DNA of 64,000 nucleotides from Gekko japonicus (lineage: Eukaryota), in the NCBI RefSeq assembly GCF_001447785.1, contig NW_015172563.1:862150-926149 (forward strand), given 5' to 3'. Shown one piece after another: positions 36,131 to 48,527 of the stretch; the stretch's first letter is position 1; each line of letters starts with the position of its first letter. A model generated the notes under the pieces. It did no database searches and was not told the origin of the DNA. It saw only the letters and a list, made by a program, of their open reading frames with translations. The translations under genes and the position numbers were made by a program.

Positions 36131-36926
36131 GGCCGGCCCAGAGAGAAACTTTGCACTGTATCCCAGTTCCTGATGACCTGTTGCAATGCTCCCCAGTTCC
36201 TGTTCCCTGCTCTGTTCCCTGTCCGGGAAATCTCCCGTCCCAGCACATTGTCGGCGCTCAGGAGACGCGTCCCTCAGAAGACATCTGGCTGCCACCTCCA
36301 GCATGGGAGGATGATGAGCCACGAGAAGAGCCGTTCCAAATCAGGTCAGCTGAGCCCATTCCTCCCCCCTCGTTTGTTATGCCTGCTTGCCGCAGTGCAC
36401 TGTCGCCTGCTAGGGGTGCTGTGGCGTCTTGCCCACGAGTTGAGCCGGCACCTTGCCGCTCAGTCTCTGAACCCATTCCGGACTTTGACAGAGCTGATGA
36501 ACCCCCAGGGCACTGGGACTATGGACATGCCCAAGGTACTCCACGAGGAGGGCAGTCTCCAAGAGGTATGCCACAGCCACAGTGGTCTGGCCTAACAAGG
36601 CTATTTTGTTTAAACCGGGGGGGGGAGTGTTGTGTTCTAGGGTTTATTCCTATGCTGTTTGAATTGCCCTCTAGTATCCTAGTTCTCTCATTCTATTGGC
36701 TGTCTAATAAACACCACCCATTGGTCCTGAAGCCACCTAAGGTAACCAATTGCAGAGCTCTGCTTAGGTCCAATCAGACCTTGTGTATTGTATTACATTG
36801 TATATCGTTTACTGTTGAATTCATATAAGTTGAGTGCCGCTCTGTGCATATTAGATCAGAGCCGAACAATGTCTTGAATAAAAGCCTCGTTATGATTTAT
36901 CATCTCCTGCCTGTCAATACTTTAAA

Positions 36927-38408
36927 TCTGGATCGAGGTGGATCAGCAGTGCTGATGTTTTTAGACCTGTCAGCAGTGTTCGACACGGTCGACCATCAGC
37001 TTCTGATCCACTGACTCGCCGACACTGGGTTTCAGGGGCTGGCCTTGCAGTGGCTTGTCTCCTTTCTCCAAGGTCAGAGACAAAGGGTGGCAATAGGGGG
37101 TCAACTATCCCAGAGGCACCCACTAGAGTGTGGAGTGCCTCAAGGGGCTGTGTTTTCCCTGATGCTTTTAAATATCTATATGCGCCCCCTTGCCCAGATT
37201 GTCCGGAGGCATGGGCTGGGATGGCACCAGTATGCGGATGACACCCAGCTCTATCTGTTGTTGGGCGATCAGTCTGCCTCCAAACCAGAAGATCTAGACC
37301 GGGCATTACAAGCCGTGGCTGGTTGGCTTAGGCTGAGTCGGCCGAAACTGAATCCAATGGAGATGGAGGTCCTTTGCTTGAGCCGGGGCAGTCTGGGGGA
37401 AGGGATCCCGCTTCCGACCTTCGATGGGGTGGCTTTGGTGCCAGCACCAGAGGTTAGAAGTTTGGGAGTGCTCCTGGATGCTTCCTTAACAATGGAGGCC
37501 CAGGTAGCAGCCACTGCCAAATCGGCCTTTTATCATCTTTGACTGATCTGGCAGTTGGTTCCCTTCCTCGAACGCGACGACTTGGCAACAGTGATCCATG
37601 CAATGGTCACCTCAGGATTGGACTACTGTAATGCTCTCTACGTGGGGCTGCCCTTGTCCCAAATCCGGAAGCTGCAGCTGGTGCAAAATGCTGCAGCCAG
37701 GCTGTTGATATGACTCCCAATTTGGAAGCACATCCAGCTTGTGCTAAAGGCACTGCACTGGCTGCCAATAGCATACTGAATTCGTTTCAAGGAGCTGGTT
37801 CTTACCTTTAAAGCCAATTATGGTCAGAGGCCTACGCATCTGAGGGACCACCTTTCCCCATATATCCCCCAGAGAGCACTGCGTTCAGGGGCCCAGAACC
37901 AATTGGCCCTCCTGAGTCTTAAGGAGTCCAGGCTATCAACAACCAGGGCCAGGGCATTTTTGGTGGCGGCTCCATTCTGGTGGAATGAGCTCCCAGAAGA
38001 GAATAGGGCCCTGCGGAACCTCTTATAGTTCCACAGGGCCTGTAAAACAGAGCTCTTCCGCCAAGCTTTTGGAGCTGCCACCACCATTGAACATCATTAA
38101 AAACTTGTAGTTGAAGGGTAGGAAGCCCTGCTGCCTCTGGAATCCATAACATCAGCCTGTGCCAGCCGCCTGTAGGACACCTGGAGTAGACCTAGGAGCC
38201 GGTTATGAGTAGAAAGAACTAATATGGTTGCCATCGTGATTTAGCAACAACAATACCAGCACTTACTGTACTGTTAACTGGTTTTAGCATTATTTTAAAT
38301 GTTTACATTGTGGTATTGTAAATATACTTACTTTATGTAAGCTGCCCTGAGCTGGCCTTGGCTGGGAGGGCAGGGTATAAACTTGAGAAATAAATAAATA
38401 AATAAAAT
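36927..38408 (+). mobile_element. L2 LINE, part right of the Gypsy insertion (RT and 3' end)
   Basis: FLDLSAVFDTVDH, GVPQGAVF, QYADDTQLY; (TAAA)n tail. Confidence 0.9.
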
Positions 38409-41400
38409 CTGATCTCGCACCAAACTCCTTGTAGCAACATCATTCGGAAGTGTGTGTGTGTGTGGGGTCCTTCTGCATTCTTCCCCTTCACTCACCTGTT
38501 AGCCTGCAGCATAGCTGCTGCCCCTGTTCTCTCCTCCCTCAGCAGCCCATGGCTTATGTGGTGGGAGGCAGCAGTGGTGGCAAAGGCTTCTGATACTCTA
38601 CCCACATTTTTGCAGAGGAGAGGCAGTGATAGTGGGGTTGGTATCAGTGGCAGAGGGGCTGACCAGTTGCTCCTCTTTGCCCACATGCAACAGAGTAGAG
38701 GCAGCAGCAGCTCCCAGTCCTTCCCCCATCTACATCGTTGTGGAGGAAGGAGAGGGTGCTCCTACTCTTCCCTCTACCCCTCTTCCACACCTCTTGCTTA
38801 GTTAGCAATAGCAGCTCCCCTCCACATCCTCGGTCTCGTACCGGTACCTGCTGCAGCTGACACAGGTGCTTTGTCTGTGGAAACGCAGAACTATTTATGA
38901 GGAGTTTACCCCCTCTACTTTTTTAACTTTTAATTTTTTTTCTGTAAACCTGGGGGTGCCCCAAGTTTTAAAAATATTTGTTTTTTTCTTTACATGCCTC
39001 CAATCTACAGATTTAAGTATCTGCACATAGGCCATGAGGAGAATTAAATACATCACAAGTGGGAACCTACAAGAAATTTTCAGGATGGTACATGCCATCC
39101 CCCCACCTTTGTTTCCTTCCCCCTCCTGACTTCTTTGACAATCTTCCCCATCTCTTTCTCACCCCCTCCCTTTCTCTGTCAGCCTTTCCCCATTTCTCCC
39201 CCTCCTTTCCCTGACAATTCCCCCTTCTCTTTCTCCCGTACCCCTTCTCCATCAATCCTCCCCCTTTCCCTTCTCTTTCAGTATTTTCCCCATCTCTTTC
39301 CCCCTCCCTACCTTGACCTCCTTCTGGGCCACTAGGGCAGCCCTTCTTGGAGCAGCCCTTGCTCTGAGAGCAACAATGGCAGGGTCCTCAGGACTCGGAG
39401 CCACCACGTCAGTGGCAGGGCCCCCAGGAGCTGCCATGTTGATAGTAGGGCCCCCAGGAGCCAGCAGAGCATCCCTGCTGTGGCCAGGCCTAGAGCAGCT
39501 CCCAGATGCTGCTGCTGTCACTGGGCCTGGAGCAGTTCCTGGACACTGTGGCTGGGCTCAGAGAACTCCTGAACATCAGCAGGCCCTGGAATGGCTTCCA
39601 GACACCATCACCACTGTGGCTGGTCCTGGTGCAGCTCCCAGACACTGCTGGCTCTCATCATGCACAGATAACCAATCTTTTATTTTTGGAGGGATTTAAA
39701 CCTCCAATATATTTTTTTAAGTTTTCAGATTTCTCTGGAAAATTGGGTGTCTCACAAGTCTGCAGGACTATCTGTTTACAGTTGTTGTGTCTCTGATCCC
39801 CAGGTCACAGATTGGGCCACACGTGACTATTAGAATATAAATCATCTAATTTCAAACTGGACCATACAGACTGAATTGACAGATTTGCAAAATGAGCCTA
39901 GGATCAGATGCAGGGATTTCTCTACAAATCTGAAGGAAGTTCTTTTTAAAAAAAATTTCTACATAATCCTACAAAACTACACACTAAAATTACAGCTATA
40001 CAACAACCATATATGATAATAATTATATCTTAAGTCAAAGCTTTTCTCTTATTTAGGTTAAGAATAAAAATTCCATTCTATTATTTTGATATGCAAAAAA
40101 TTAAAATTATTGACAATGCAAGATTATGTAATGTAATGTAATATAAACATTTCTTCTAAAGTTTAAGCTAATTTTTTAAATTATAATAAAAAACCAAATC
40201 TGAAGGAAGTTCAAAGTTTGCAAAGAAATCTGAAATCTAAAAAAAAGAGGATTATTACTCCCTAAAATAATGTAAACAATACCTATAGTTTTAAGAAAAG
40301 AATACCCACTGAGCTCTCAGCAGGCCCATAGCCGGGGGGGGGGGGGCTGACAAAGGCAACACCCCACCCCAAACATGCCCTGCCCCTCCAAATAGCCTTG
40401 AAATAGGTCCCCTCATCAGTCATACCAAGGGCAGAGTGATCTGCCCCAGGTGCAAATAATTAGAAGAGTTGGGCTCCAGGAGCACCCAGTGCCAGTGAAG
40501 GCACTGGCAGCAGCAAAACAACAGAGGTGCTGGCTGGCCAGCCACAAAGGAACACGAACGGAACACAGTTGAGCCAAGGTGCTTGCCCGAGCAAATGTGC
40601 CCACCACTCCCATGTGCTCTTCAAGGCATTTTCAAGCCTCAAAACCTGCCCTGGGTGCTACCTGCCAGCTACCTGCCAGTTGGAAACACTCACTTGCTCG
40701 CTGCACTTGGCCTCCAGCTGCTACTCAAAGACAGCTAGGAGAAGGGTAACTTACTGCACCCCTTCAACTTGGTAAGAGGGGGGAGGAATGAATGAATGCA
40801 GTGGCTTACCAAGGGCTGGGTGGTGGTGTGGGGCGATTCACAGGTGATAAGGGGGTGCAAGCCAGTCCGGATCTGTGGCTCACTGAGAGGTGAAAGGGAA
40901 TCCCAGTGCCTCACTCTTGAGGAAATGGCAGCAGCTTGCCCAGCCTGGTACTCGCTTCCCTCCTGGTTCCACACGGGCTGTTACTGCTTTTCAGAGAGGG
41001 GTGGAAAGGGAGAAACAGATGGAAGGGCTGGAGTTGCGAACTGAGAAGGCAGAGTGAAAAGGAAAGGGGGGGGGGCCTGTCAAAGCAGCACTGGGGGTTC
41101 CCACTGAAGGCTGCTCTCAGGGTGAGCGATGCGTGGCTTTGCAAATGGGGAAGGTGATGGGAGTGCTGTGACTCTGATTCTCTGCCAGCACTCTTCCAGG
41201 ACAAGATGGGGGGGGGAGCGGAGGATTTTGCTTTTCCACCAGCCCCACAGTTTGGCAACTCCTGCATTTTTCTTTGCTCATCTTGGGGGAGGCATTCTGT
41301 CAGGCTGAAGTTGAAACGGGCCATTCCAGCAAGCACTGAGTAACCCACTTCCCTGTGTTTGGGGAAGGAGTTCTGTGCGCAGTCTAGCAGGGTTACGAAA

Positions 41401-42304
41401 TGCAGCCTGATTGTTGATGCCAATGGTTGATCTCAGCTCATTTTTTTCCAGTTTGTATCTTAATTGCCTTGTAACGTTTAAAAAAGATTTGCCCTTTTTA
41501 CGAGACATAAAGATAAACAATCCTATGCAGCTGTACTACAGTGCAGGTAAAATAGAGGCTGTATTTCTAAATAGGCATATTCGGAGGTCTACTTGGAAGT
41601 AAGTCCCATTTTATTCAATGTGGCTTACTCCCAGGAAACAGTTCATAGATAACAGCCTCAGTGAGACTGACCCAGTCCCAGAGTTAAACACACCACCTTC
41701 CTATTGATTTTAATAGGCAGATGACTCCTTCACTGTAGCCAATGGGAGTTTAGAGTACTTTGGTTTGCCTTGATTATGCCTGAGGTTGCTAGCTGGCCAG
41801 GAAAAGTAATGTCCTGTCCCTTTAACAAAGGTTTAACTAATGAAAATGGACAGTGCAAGTTTTTCATGGTATTACTTAAAATAACATCACCTGATATTTG
41901 CTGTAGATCCAACTAATATTAATTTGACACCTAGAGGGGCGATTTAAAAGTTGGTAACTAATTATGTCCATGTTAAGGACTGAGCTAGAATGCTAGTAGC
42001 CATCAAAATCATGGACATCTAACACATATTAAATATCTCTGTAATAAACCTGAAACATTTTTGTGTGATATACCACTTGACTTAGTTATTTAGAAGTATA
42101 AGCATGGCAGTTATGTACAGACATATAATGGGCTGCTCTCCACCATGCTAAACTGCCCCCTTAACAATAAAGTTTCCCCTCTAACAAAAAATTCTGCCTA
42201 CAGGCCTGGCTTTCAGTTGCCATTTTGGAGGTTTCTAGGCAACTACAACAATATTGCTAAGCCTTCCAAGCCTTGGTTTCTGAAATGCAAAGCCAGTGGG
42301 GAAG

Positions 42305-42662
42305 TGTTAAATAGTGGGTTTAACGCGGCAGAGGCGAAGGCAGAGTGATTTCAACAAGCAGCAGTTTATTGCATCTCAACAGGAATGCTTTACATGGGGC
42401 AACTGCCCTAACTATATACACCTAAGCCACTCCCAGGCCCCATGCGATTGGTGAGTTCAAATGGCCTACAGGCTCCAGATTGGCTGGCTGCCCCCAGGGG
42501 TCAATCTGCAGGCAGGCTCCAGGATCCTGCCTGCCTTTGTTCTGGGCTTCAAGCTCCAACTAGGTGGCCTGCCAGACAAGTCCAGGCATGCCTCCTTATG
42601 CTGGCTACTTCACCAGCAGCGGTTAAGCCTGAGTGGAAGATTGCACATATCCAGACATAACA
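42305..42662 (-). mobile_element. Solo LTR, 358 bp
   Basis: TGTTA...TAACA termini; perfect 5-bp TSD GGAAG; minus-strand CCAAT x2, TATA-like motif and AATAAA in LTR order. Confidence 0.85.
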
Positions 42663-43371
42663 GGAAGCATGTGTGGACAAAGACCCAAACAGCTCCAGAA
42701 AGGGTCTTATCCCATTCTTCTGCTGTGTCACCAGATAGAGGAGGACTTGTTGTGAACAGGCCCAGTGGCCACCACCAGAACCACCCACATCACTTGCACT
42801 GGCCTGATGGCCTCTGTGCAACTGGGGTTAGTCTGGAAGCATCAGCCGCTGATGAAAATAACTGCTTTGGAAGGTGGACTCCATGGCATTAGAACCCACT
42901 GAAGTCCTCCCCCTTCTCAAACCCCACCCTCCTTAGGATTCACCCCAAAAATCTCCAGGTATTTCCCAACCCAGAGCTGGCAAACCTACCACTGCTTCAC
43001 CCCATGTTTGTTACATTCTTGTTGATAACATTTATATGATAAACAAAAATAGTGTATTGGAGCTGCATGGCTTTTTTTTTTGGTGTGTCAATCAGAACAG
43101 CAAGCGCAGAAACTTAGTCGGTGTGGGGAGCCCTTTCGGGAAGAGAGACTTGAAGGATCAGAGTGACAATGTTAGCATTTTATAAACCTAAAGGATGATC
43201 TTTAGGGACAGCAGCACTTCTCCACAAATGATTCAGACTTCATGATTATTCATCAGGAGGCCATATATTTCTGGTTAGCTCACTAACAGTGTCATCTTAA
43301 ACAGAGTTGCACCCACTTAAGCACACTTACACCTTTCTAAGCCTATTGACTTCAATGGACTTAGAAGGGTA

Positions 43372-44498
43372 TGTGGCAGAATGGGCCTGCTCCGGCCTTC
43401 AGGCCCTATTCCACCCTGCCCTCCAAGGTTTTCCCAACACCTGGAGAGGCTTTTCTCTCTCTCCGGTAATCCATAACCACCACCTGACCTTTTTTAGGAA
43501 CTCCCAGTTTCCCTTCCAAGCTCTGAGGCCTTGCCTCTGTGTTTCCTGCTACCTAGTGCCTGGTCACCATGGGGACTATTTACTGCCTTATGCACCCCTG
43601 GAGGAATAGCCACTTGGCAACTGACTGCCTTCCCCCTGGCGCTCCTTTCAAAATAGTGTGTCCAAGATGGTGGAGGTCTATGTGGTACAGAGAACCACTA
43701 CCAGCATCAAAAGTTATAAAGTATTTATTAAAGAGAAAATGTTCACAAGCATACTTTTAGCCTTCAGAGGACGGCGGAAGACAGGAGGGCCTGGCGGGAG
43801 ATGATCCATGGGGTCGCGAAGAGTCGGACTCGACTGTGCGACTGAACAACAACAACATACTTTTAGCACAGCACCAGTTTGAGCAAGGGATTCAAACGAA
43901 AGGGGTAAAATGCAATTCCTATGTCCCTTTCTCAATTCATGTCCTATTAGATGTTAAAATATAGGACAGGCTCATTAACTTTGGAAGTTACAGATCTCTA
44001 CAGAGTTTCATTACTTTGAAGCTTCCTTCAGCTGTCCAGGCCAACACATGGCTAATGGCTGCCTCCCCCAGATCTCAGAACTCAGTTAAGAGTTCTGTCT
44101 GCTCTGATGGACTCAGCACAAAGGAGACCTTCCTCCTTGCTCCCCTGAGTTTTATCACCTCTCTTTTCTCCACCCATTGACCTGGTCAGACTGAATCAGA
44201 GAAGCTTTCCCTGGAGATTCTTCTTGGAGTTCCTTCCTGAAGTCTCTGTAGTCTTCAGTTCCTCCAAATCTCTGTTCCCTGCTTGAAGGTGGGGGGGAAG
44301 ACTGGACCCTCCTATTGTCTCCAGCTAGACCTATTAGCATTTCTTAAGAGGTAGCTGAGGTGATCCTGGAAAGCCATTGACTGACTTCCTCCTCCCTGCT
44401 TGTTCTCTGCCCAGAGAGGGGAAAAAAAAACTTTTAAAAACACAAAGTGAAGGTTTTGTTCATTTCAACTTCCAAAGGAAAAAAATCATTTCTTCACA
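43372..44498 (-). mobile_element. Solo LTR (~1.1 kb) inserted in a small MITE
   Basis: TGTG...CACA termini; TSD GGGTA/GGATA; splits a TTAGAAGGGT...AACTCT..GGATTGCACTG MITE; minus-strand AATAAA near 43724. Confidence 0.65.
43762..43855 (+). mobile_element. RTE-BovB 3' fragment nested in the solo LTR
   Basis: (CAA)n tail; 12-bp TSD CATACTTTTAGC. Confidence 0.88.
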
Positions 44499-44785
44499 GG
44501 ATATAACTCTGGGATTGCACTGTAAGTTTTTGTACACATTATTAATCAGATAATCAAGAGCTCCATGTTACTCTAGTATTTCTGTCTCTATACTTGTTCC
44601 CACACTCTGCATCCAACACCTGCTCTGAACTTCAAAGCCATCACTCAGTGCCAGCCTAGTAGGCTGGACACCAGCAGTAACTCCTCCAAAAGGATGAACT
44701 ACATTCTCCATTTGAGGGGTTTTGAGCCATATTGCAGCATAAAGTGTTCTGCTGCACCACCAAGTTAAGCAGTCATTCTGTGCCC

Positions 44786-44824
44786 ATGGGTGGCATGCCT
44801 AGAAATGAAGCCATATCTGCCCAG
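44786..44824 (+). CDS. Candidate alternative first coding exon of ENPP3 (MGGMPRNEAISAQ)
   Basis: Two in-frame ATGs then a perfect CAG|GTGAGT donor in phase 0, the phase exon 2 requires; no transcript evidence available. Confidence 0.3.
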
Positions 44825-45358
44825 GTGAGTAAATGGTGACTATAAGCATGGTCTGTATTAAAGACAGCATCATTTTGTGTAGTTTTACTGAAGTTAGGTG
44901 TTGTTCAGGTACAGGATATACTTGTAGTCCTTTATATTAGAGGTTAACATGAAGAATAAGTTGGAAGCTTGGTGTGCTGTAGGAATTAATTGTTCATTGA
45001 TTCTTGAATTATGTTTTCAAATTGATATTTGCTTTGTGAGCTTATATAAACAAACAGACAAACATAATACCTCTATTGCAAATGCACAATTAATGCCATT
45101 TTGAAGGCAATTTATTGAGGTTTAGTTCTATAATGATAGAACTGATAGACATTTGGCTTTTCAATACAGTATACGGGTCAAATATGACCAGGAAAACTAG
45201 AATCAACAAACTTTGTTTCTGTGGGGACAAAATCCCATGCTTGGATTGGGTCTTATTGGTGAGAATGTATTTTGGATTTGAAGATAGTTTCAGAGGGTAG
45301 ATGTTTTGGTCTGCAGTAGAATAGCTAGATTGGAGTATAGTAGCACCATGGAGACCAA

Positions 45359-45702
45359 TAGGGTTGCCAGACCCCCCAGTGAAGGTGGCCCCCCGCTGTC
45401 AGACCCTGTCCCTCAGCTACCTATCAGCTGGCCAGCGGGGGGGACTTACCTGGAGAAAGAGAAAGGCCCAGGCCTTGCTGCTGAAATCACATAGGAAGTG
45501 ATGTCATCACACCAGCGACATCCAGGCAACGCTCTGATATTTGGCAAAAACTCTATGGTAGAAGCCAGTTTTACCATAGAGTTTTTGCCCAAATACTAGA
45601 GCATCACTTGGACGTCACAGCATGATGACATCACTTCCTGTGTGATGCCAGTGGCAAGATCTGGGCCTTTCTCTTTCTCCAGGTAAATCCCCCCCCACCC
45701 CA
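45359..45702. mobile_element. Palindromic hAT MITE
   Basis: Starts TAGGGTTGCCAG; perfect TSD GAGACCAA; internal ~260-bp hairpin. Confidence 0.8.
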
Positions 45703-45740
45703 GAGACCAACAAGAATTCCAAGGCATCAGCTTTTGAGAA

Positions 45741-45954
45741 TAGTGTTGCCAGGTCTGGGTTGGAAAATACCTGGAGACGTTGGGGGTGAATCTGGGAGAG
45801 GGTGGGGTTTGGGGAGGGGCCTCAGCATGGTATAATGCCATACAGTCCACCCTTCAAAGCAGCCATTTTCTCCAGGGGAACTGATCTCTGTCAGCTGGAG
45901 ACCAGTTGTAAAAGAGGGAGATCTCCAGGCCCCACCTGGAGGCTGGCAACGCTA
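45741..45954. mobile_element. hAT MITE (family of 18893-19321)
   Basis: TAGTGTTGCCAG...CTGGCAACGCTA; degenerate TSD TTTGAGAA/TCTGAGAG. Confidence 0.8.
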
Positions 45955-46568
45955 TCTGAGAGTCAAAGCTCCTTGGAACTTTGACTCTCAACAGCTTATA
46001 CCCTGAAATTCTGATTGGTTTCTAATGTCCTACTGGTCTCGAATTAGAACTTCATCTACTTCCACACTGACTTCTTTGCCCATTTTATTGTTTATGTATT
46101 TATCCATGTTGAAAAAGAGTTAAGTTGCAAGATCCTAGTTATTTAGTTGTTTTTAACTGCCCCCAACTTGTTTGCATCTGACTACATCCTTTAATCCTCT
46201 GGGTTGGATCATACCATATTGTTCCATTAGCTGAAGGTGCCTTGTAGTAGAGGAATACAAGATGCATCAACGCAAGAGCATTATATTAGGAAGAGGCACC
46301 TTGTGCTGGAGAAACATGCAGATGTGGATAGAACAAAATGGTACAGTCCAAACTAAAGAGAATTTCAGTGTAATCATTAAGAAATTAGTCTCAAGGTGTC
46401 TGGATTTGGGGAGAAACCATAGTTCAGAGGTAGAAGATGGTCCCAGGTTCGATCCCCTCCCATCACCATTTGGAGAGAATATATTACTTCCAATCTGATG
46501 ATGCCATTTGTTGACAACCTATATACAATAGATAACTTTTGCCTTATTGTATTTGGCTTTTTCAACAG

Positions 46569-46647
46569 GTTCTTTTTGCTTCTTTAGTGATTGTATCTCT
46601 TGGACTAGGTTTGGGACTTGGACTGAGGAGATCAGCACAACCTCGAG
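46569..46647 (+). CDS. ENPP3: ENPP3 exon 2 (VLFASLVIVSLGLGLGLGLRRSAQPR; TM/signal-anchor), 79 nt
   Basis: Diagnostic LGLGLGLGL motif; caacag acceptor, GTATC donor. Confidence 0.94.
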
Positions 46648-48527
46648 GTATCTTTATAATATTCCCAGTTTTACATAATGTTTTCAAAATTCTTACAAAG
46701 ATGTATCTTAAGTTTCACTAAGAAGGTGGACCTGTATCTGGGCTGCAATATTTTAGACTGCAGGTGGGGCTTTCTTTGACTGAATGCTCCTCCACACAAA
46801 TCCCTTTCTCTGATATCTAGTTTGTAAACCCAGGAAAGCATCTTTATAATGGAATATGTTTGTAGTCCACTGCAATGATTATTTTAGGTATCACCTGCAT
46901 TTTCTGCATTGTCTTTCCTTTGCAATCCACTTTCTGTATTCTTCACAGCATACCTTGCTTTAGATAGTTTGTTGTTCTCACTGTTCTCTAAATTTTGTAA
47001 TTATTGTTCAAACATCATTATCTTATGCTGTTTGATTGTACTGTTATATATCCTGTAACCCACCTTGAGTCTCAGTGGGAAAGGCAGACTATAAATCAAG
47101 TAAATTAAATAAAATTAAACAAAGTGAGGGGACTTGTTTGGAAGAAGGGATATTTCCTAATGCCAGTCCCCATCTATAACCTGAAGTACACCCAGACACT
47201 GGTTTTCCACTTGTAAGAACTTGGCTACAAATCAACCCACAAAAAAGGAGATTACATGCATCTTTTAGGTTTGAGCTCATAAAACTGAGCCACCAAGCAT
47301 TCAATAAACACTTAAATAAGTTGGTTTTGATTGTTCTGTTTTTTCCATTTCCCATTTATTAAAAGAGGGCAGAATTGCCAAAATAACACAATAGCAATGG
47401 GTTATGACAGCTAAATGGAGCTTCTGTGCTTCTGAATATCAGATTCTGGGAACAAACACTTCCTGTTTATGAACATTTAGAAGCATCTGGAATACTGGAG
47501 TAGATGAACTTTTGATCTAATTCAGCCAGGCAGGTTATGAAGATCAAGTATGGCATGGCTACATTCCAATGAATTGAGGTAAAACCCATTATTCAGAGCT
47601 CATTAAAAAGGGTATCCGCTTATATATGGGAATACTGAAGCCAGATAAAAGAACATGTTTTCATTGTGAATATTGTTTGGTACAAATACATAATTTACCA
47701 TCCAAGGAAGGACATGATATTTTTTTTGTTTAACTTTCTGTGGATTCCATGTTCTGTTTATAAAGCTGTACAAGTATAAAGCTGGACAAATGTATCTTTT
47801 TGGACTCATTTTTCACTTAGTTGAGAAGTGTCAAGTAGAATTTGCAATTAATGGAAATATATGATCCTGTATATTAATTTGGTTGCGGCTAGTTTAAATT
47901 ATGAAAGATAACAGAGGGCAGTGGGTGCCTGCCCCCAGTTCAGAATTATATGTAAACTATGATCCTATTCAGTGAATGTCAATTGCCAAAATTAGGTTGG
48001 ATCTTACCAGTCTGTTCTACTGACACCATGTTCCACAGATAAAGCCTCCTCCACAGCTGGAAAGCCTTTTGTGTTGGCAGAAAGTGTGTTGTGCCAGGGC
48101 CCAGAGGAACGTGCCAGCACCAGCTCAGGTGATTTAGGGAAGCCTACACAAGTTAACCATAAAATGTTATGTTCTGAACACATTCTGCCAAAGGCCTCAT
48201 TAGTAAATGTGTAGATGAAAGGTAAGGAACCAGTCCTTCAGGTGCTGCATACAAGCTAGGGTCATGTGTATTTTTGCTGTGGTGGTATATGTGAGTTCCA
48301 CACATGTGGAACTCATGCATCTCACTGCATGGAAGATGTACACAGAAGCAATCAACTTGACATCTTTTGTGACTGTTCCTATGAATTTATAAGTCACTTT
48401 TATAGACCACTGGGTAGAACCATCATGAGAGAGAGAGAGAGGCCACATGTGCTTGCGCATTATGCTCTGTGTGGAAATATCTGCTCACATTTAGGTCACC
48501 ATTAATTATTTTGGGTTCTCTTTTCAG

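Larger units (their letters stand above)
31480..36926 (+). mobile_element. Full-length decayed Ty3/Gypsy (Mag-like) LTR retrotransposon
   Basis: 5' LTR 31480-31767, 3' LTR 36628-36926; PBS TGGCGGTGAAGATGGGATTC at 31769 (about 3 mismatches to the tRNA-Ser(GCU) 3' complement); G-rich PPT 36613-36627; TSD TCTGT/TCTGG. Confidence 0.95.

Noticed and set aside
35281-36828. 515-aa open integrase ORF as a domesticated gene
   Set aside because: Sits in a normal proviral context with both LTRs, has decay-type substitutions in motifs (DNR for DNG, ASFHP), and simply runs on into the 3' LTR; no sign of selection
39252-39796. Ala/Gly/Pro-rich ORFs
   Set aside because: Degenerate internal repeats of a GC-rich interspersed element; no splice or domain evidence
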